Source: an uncultured Clostridia bacterium
GTDB taxonomy: Bacteria; Bacillota; Clostridia; TANB77; CAG-508
Direction of reading: 5' to 3'
Length of the DNA: 64,000 nt
Assembly (NCBI GenBank): GCA_944390365.1
Contig: CALXPW010000002.1
Span: forward strand, 2,499 to 66,498
Positions within the stretch are counted from its first letter, which is position 1. Every line of letters starts with the position of its first letter. Both the position numbers and the translations under genes were made by a program. Shown here in pieces: positions 63,098 to 64,000 of this stretch. Under the pieces are notes generated by a model, which saw only the letters and a program-made list of their open reading frames with translations, was not told the origin of the DNA and made no database searches.

Positions 63098-64000
63098 TTA
63101 CTTTCTTCTTCTGGCATTTATTAATATTGTTTTTAATTTTTCTAAGTCCTCTAATGTTTTGCCTGTTCCTTTAACCACACAATCTAGAGGAGTTTCTGCA
63201 ATATATACTGGCATTTCTGTTCTTTCTGCTACTAACTTATCTAAATTTTTTATTAAGGCTCCACCACCAGCAAGTACAATACCTTTTTCCATAATGTCTG
63301 ATGAAAGTTCTGGTGGAGTTCTTTCTAATGTTTGTTTTATTACTTCTACTATTTTCTCAATAGACTCTCTCATTGCTTCTTCTACTTGACTAGATGTAAT
63401 TTGTACTGTTTGTGGTAGTCCTGTGCTTAAATCTCTTCCTCTTACCTCCATCGTAAGTTCAGTAAGTAATGGTTTAGCACAACCAATTTCCTTTTTTATT
63501 TGTTCGGCAGTTGTGTCTCCTATTGCTAAATTCATTTCTTTTCTTACAAAGTTAACTATATCTTCATCTAATTCATCGCCTGCTATTCTTATAGAGTTGC
63601 TAACAACAATTCCTCCTAAAGAAATTACTGCAACCTCAGTTGTACCTCCTCCTATGTCTACAACAATGTTTCCTGTTGGCTCTGCAACTTCTAGTCCTAT
63701 ACCTATTGCTGCTGCCATAGGCTCTTCTATCAAATATACTTCTTTTGCACCAGCTTGTAAAATAGCTTCTTCAACTGCTCTTTCTTCTACTTCAGTAATT
63801 CCAGATGGCACTCCTACTACAACTCTTGGTTTATTTACATTATATCTCTTGCAAATTTTATAAATTATATTTTTTAACATAAGTTGAGTTGCCGTAAAAT
63901 CAGCTATAACACCATCCTTCATTGGTCTAATAGCTTTTATTCCTTCTGGTGTTCTACCAAGCATTTCTTTTGCTTCGTGTCCTGTTGCTAATATTTTATG
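63098..64000 (-). CDS. mreB: rod shape-determining protein MreB (N-terminus beyond the right edge)
   Basis: [47 protein letters not shown]. The frame remains open to position 64000. Confidence 0.9.
   Translation of the reverse strand, partial: HKILATGHEAKEMLGRTPEGIKAIRPMKDGVIADFTATQLMLKNIIYKICKRYNVNKPRVVVGVPSGITEVEERAVEEAILQAGAKEVYLIEEPMAAAIGIGLEVAEPTGNIVVDIGGGTTEVAVISLGGIVVSNSIRIAGDELDEDIVNFVRKEMNLAIGDTTAEQIKKEIGCAKPLLTELTMEVRGRDLSTGLPQTVQITSSQVEEAMRESIEKIVEVIKQTLERTPPELSSDIMEKGIVLAGGGALIKNLDKLVAERTEMPVYIAETPLDCVVKGTGKTLEDLEKLKTILINARRRK

Noticed and set aside
1-64000. Scan for tRNA, rRNA, tmRNA, CRISPR arrays, reverse transcriptases (retron/DGR/group II intron) and transposase genes
   Set aside because: Nothing in the ORF set or the non-coding gaps resembled these. 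The only recombinases seen are the two tyrosine integrases.

Overview
Very AT-rich, low-GC Firmicutes DNA; spoIIE and a Clostridium-like mreBCD-mrdA-minC locus point to a sporulating member of the Clostridia. No rRNA, tRNA or CRISPR array was seen. The window has two parts.

(A) 1 to about 25.1 kb is a mosaic mobile-element hotspot.
- A phage-like replication module (DnaC-like loader, replisome organizer, Xis-type HTH) sits beside a Cys4 protein, a P-loop kinase, a GNAT and a frameshifted tyrosine integrase.
- A conflict-type block follows: UPF0158, a frameshifted primase-helicase fusion, and AbiEi/AbiEii with a membrane-anchored MBL hydrolase.
- Next is a mobilizable element with a second Cys4 paralog, HTH, a P-loop helicase-like protein, TGTTACA iterons, MobC, a relaxase, an RHH protein and an intact integrase.
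- The region ends with a five-gene small-hydrolase operon, a frameshifted UvrD-like helicase and gene relics.

(B) About 25.2 to 64 kb is core chromosome. It carries dprA, frameshifted comM/yifB, yraN, a two-component system, xth, lemA-htpX, tatD, acpS, spoIIE, two giant tail-anchored surface proteins (2199 and about 1708 aa), minC, mrdA and mreDCB.

Observations most worth follow-up:
- Four 190-285 nt imperfect long hairpins lie in core intergenic gaps. Two are about 90% identical copies whose outer stems differ by compensatory double substitutions.
- A 119-codon out-of-frame ORF with its own SD and a TM tail is nested in the relaxase gene.
- A Cys4-protein/HTH divergent module occurs in both elements.
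- A thioester-domain-like Cys...Gln signature occurs in the 2199-aa protein.
- At least five genes are frameshifted, including core comM.

All family assignments come from motif recognition by eye. No database search was run.
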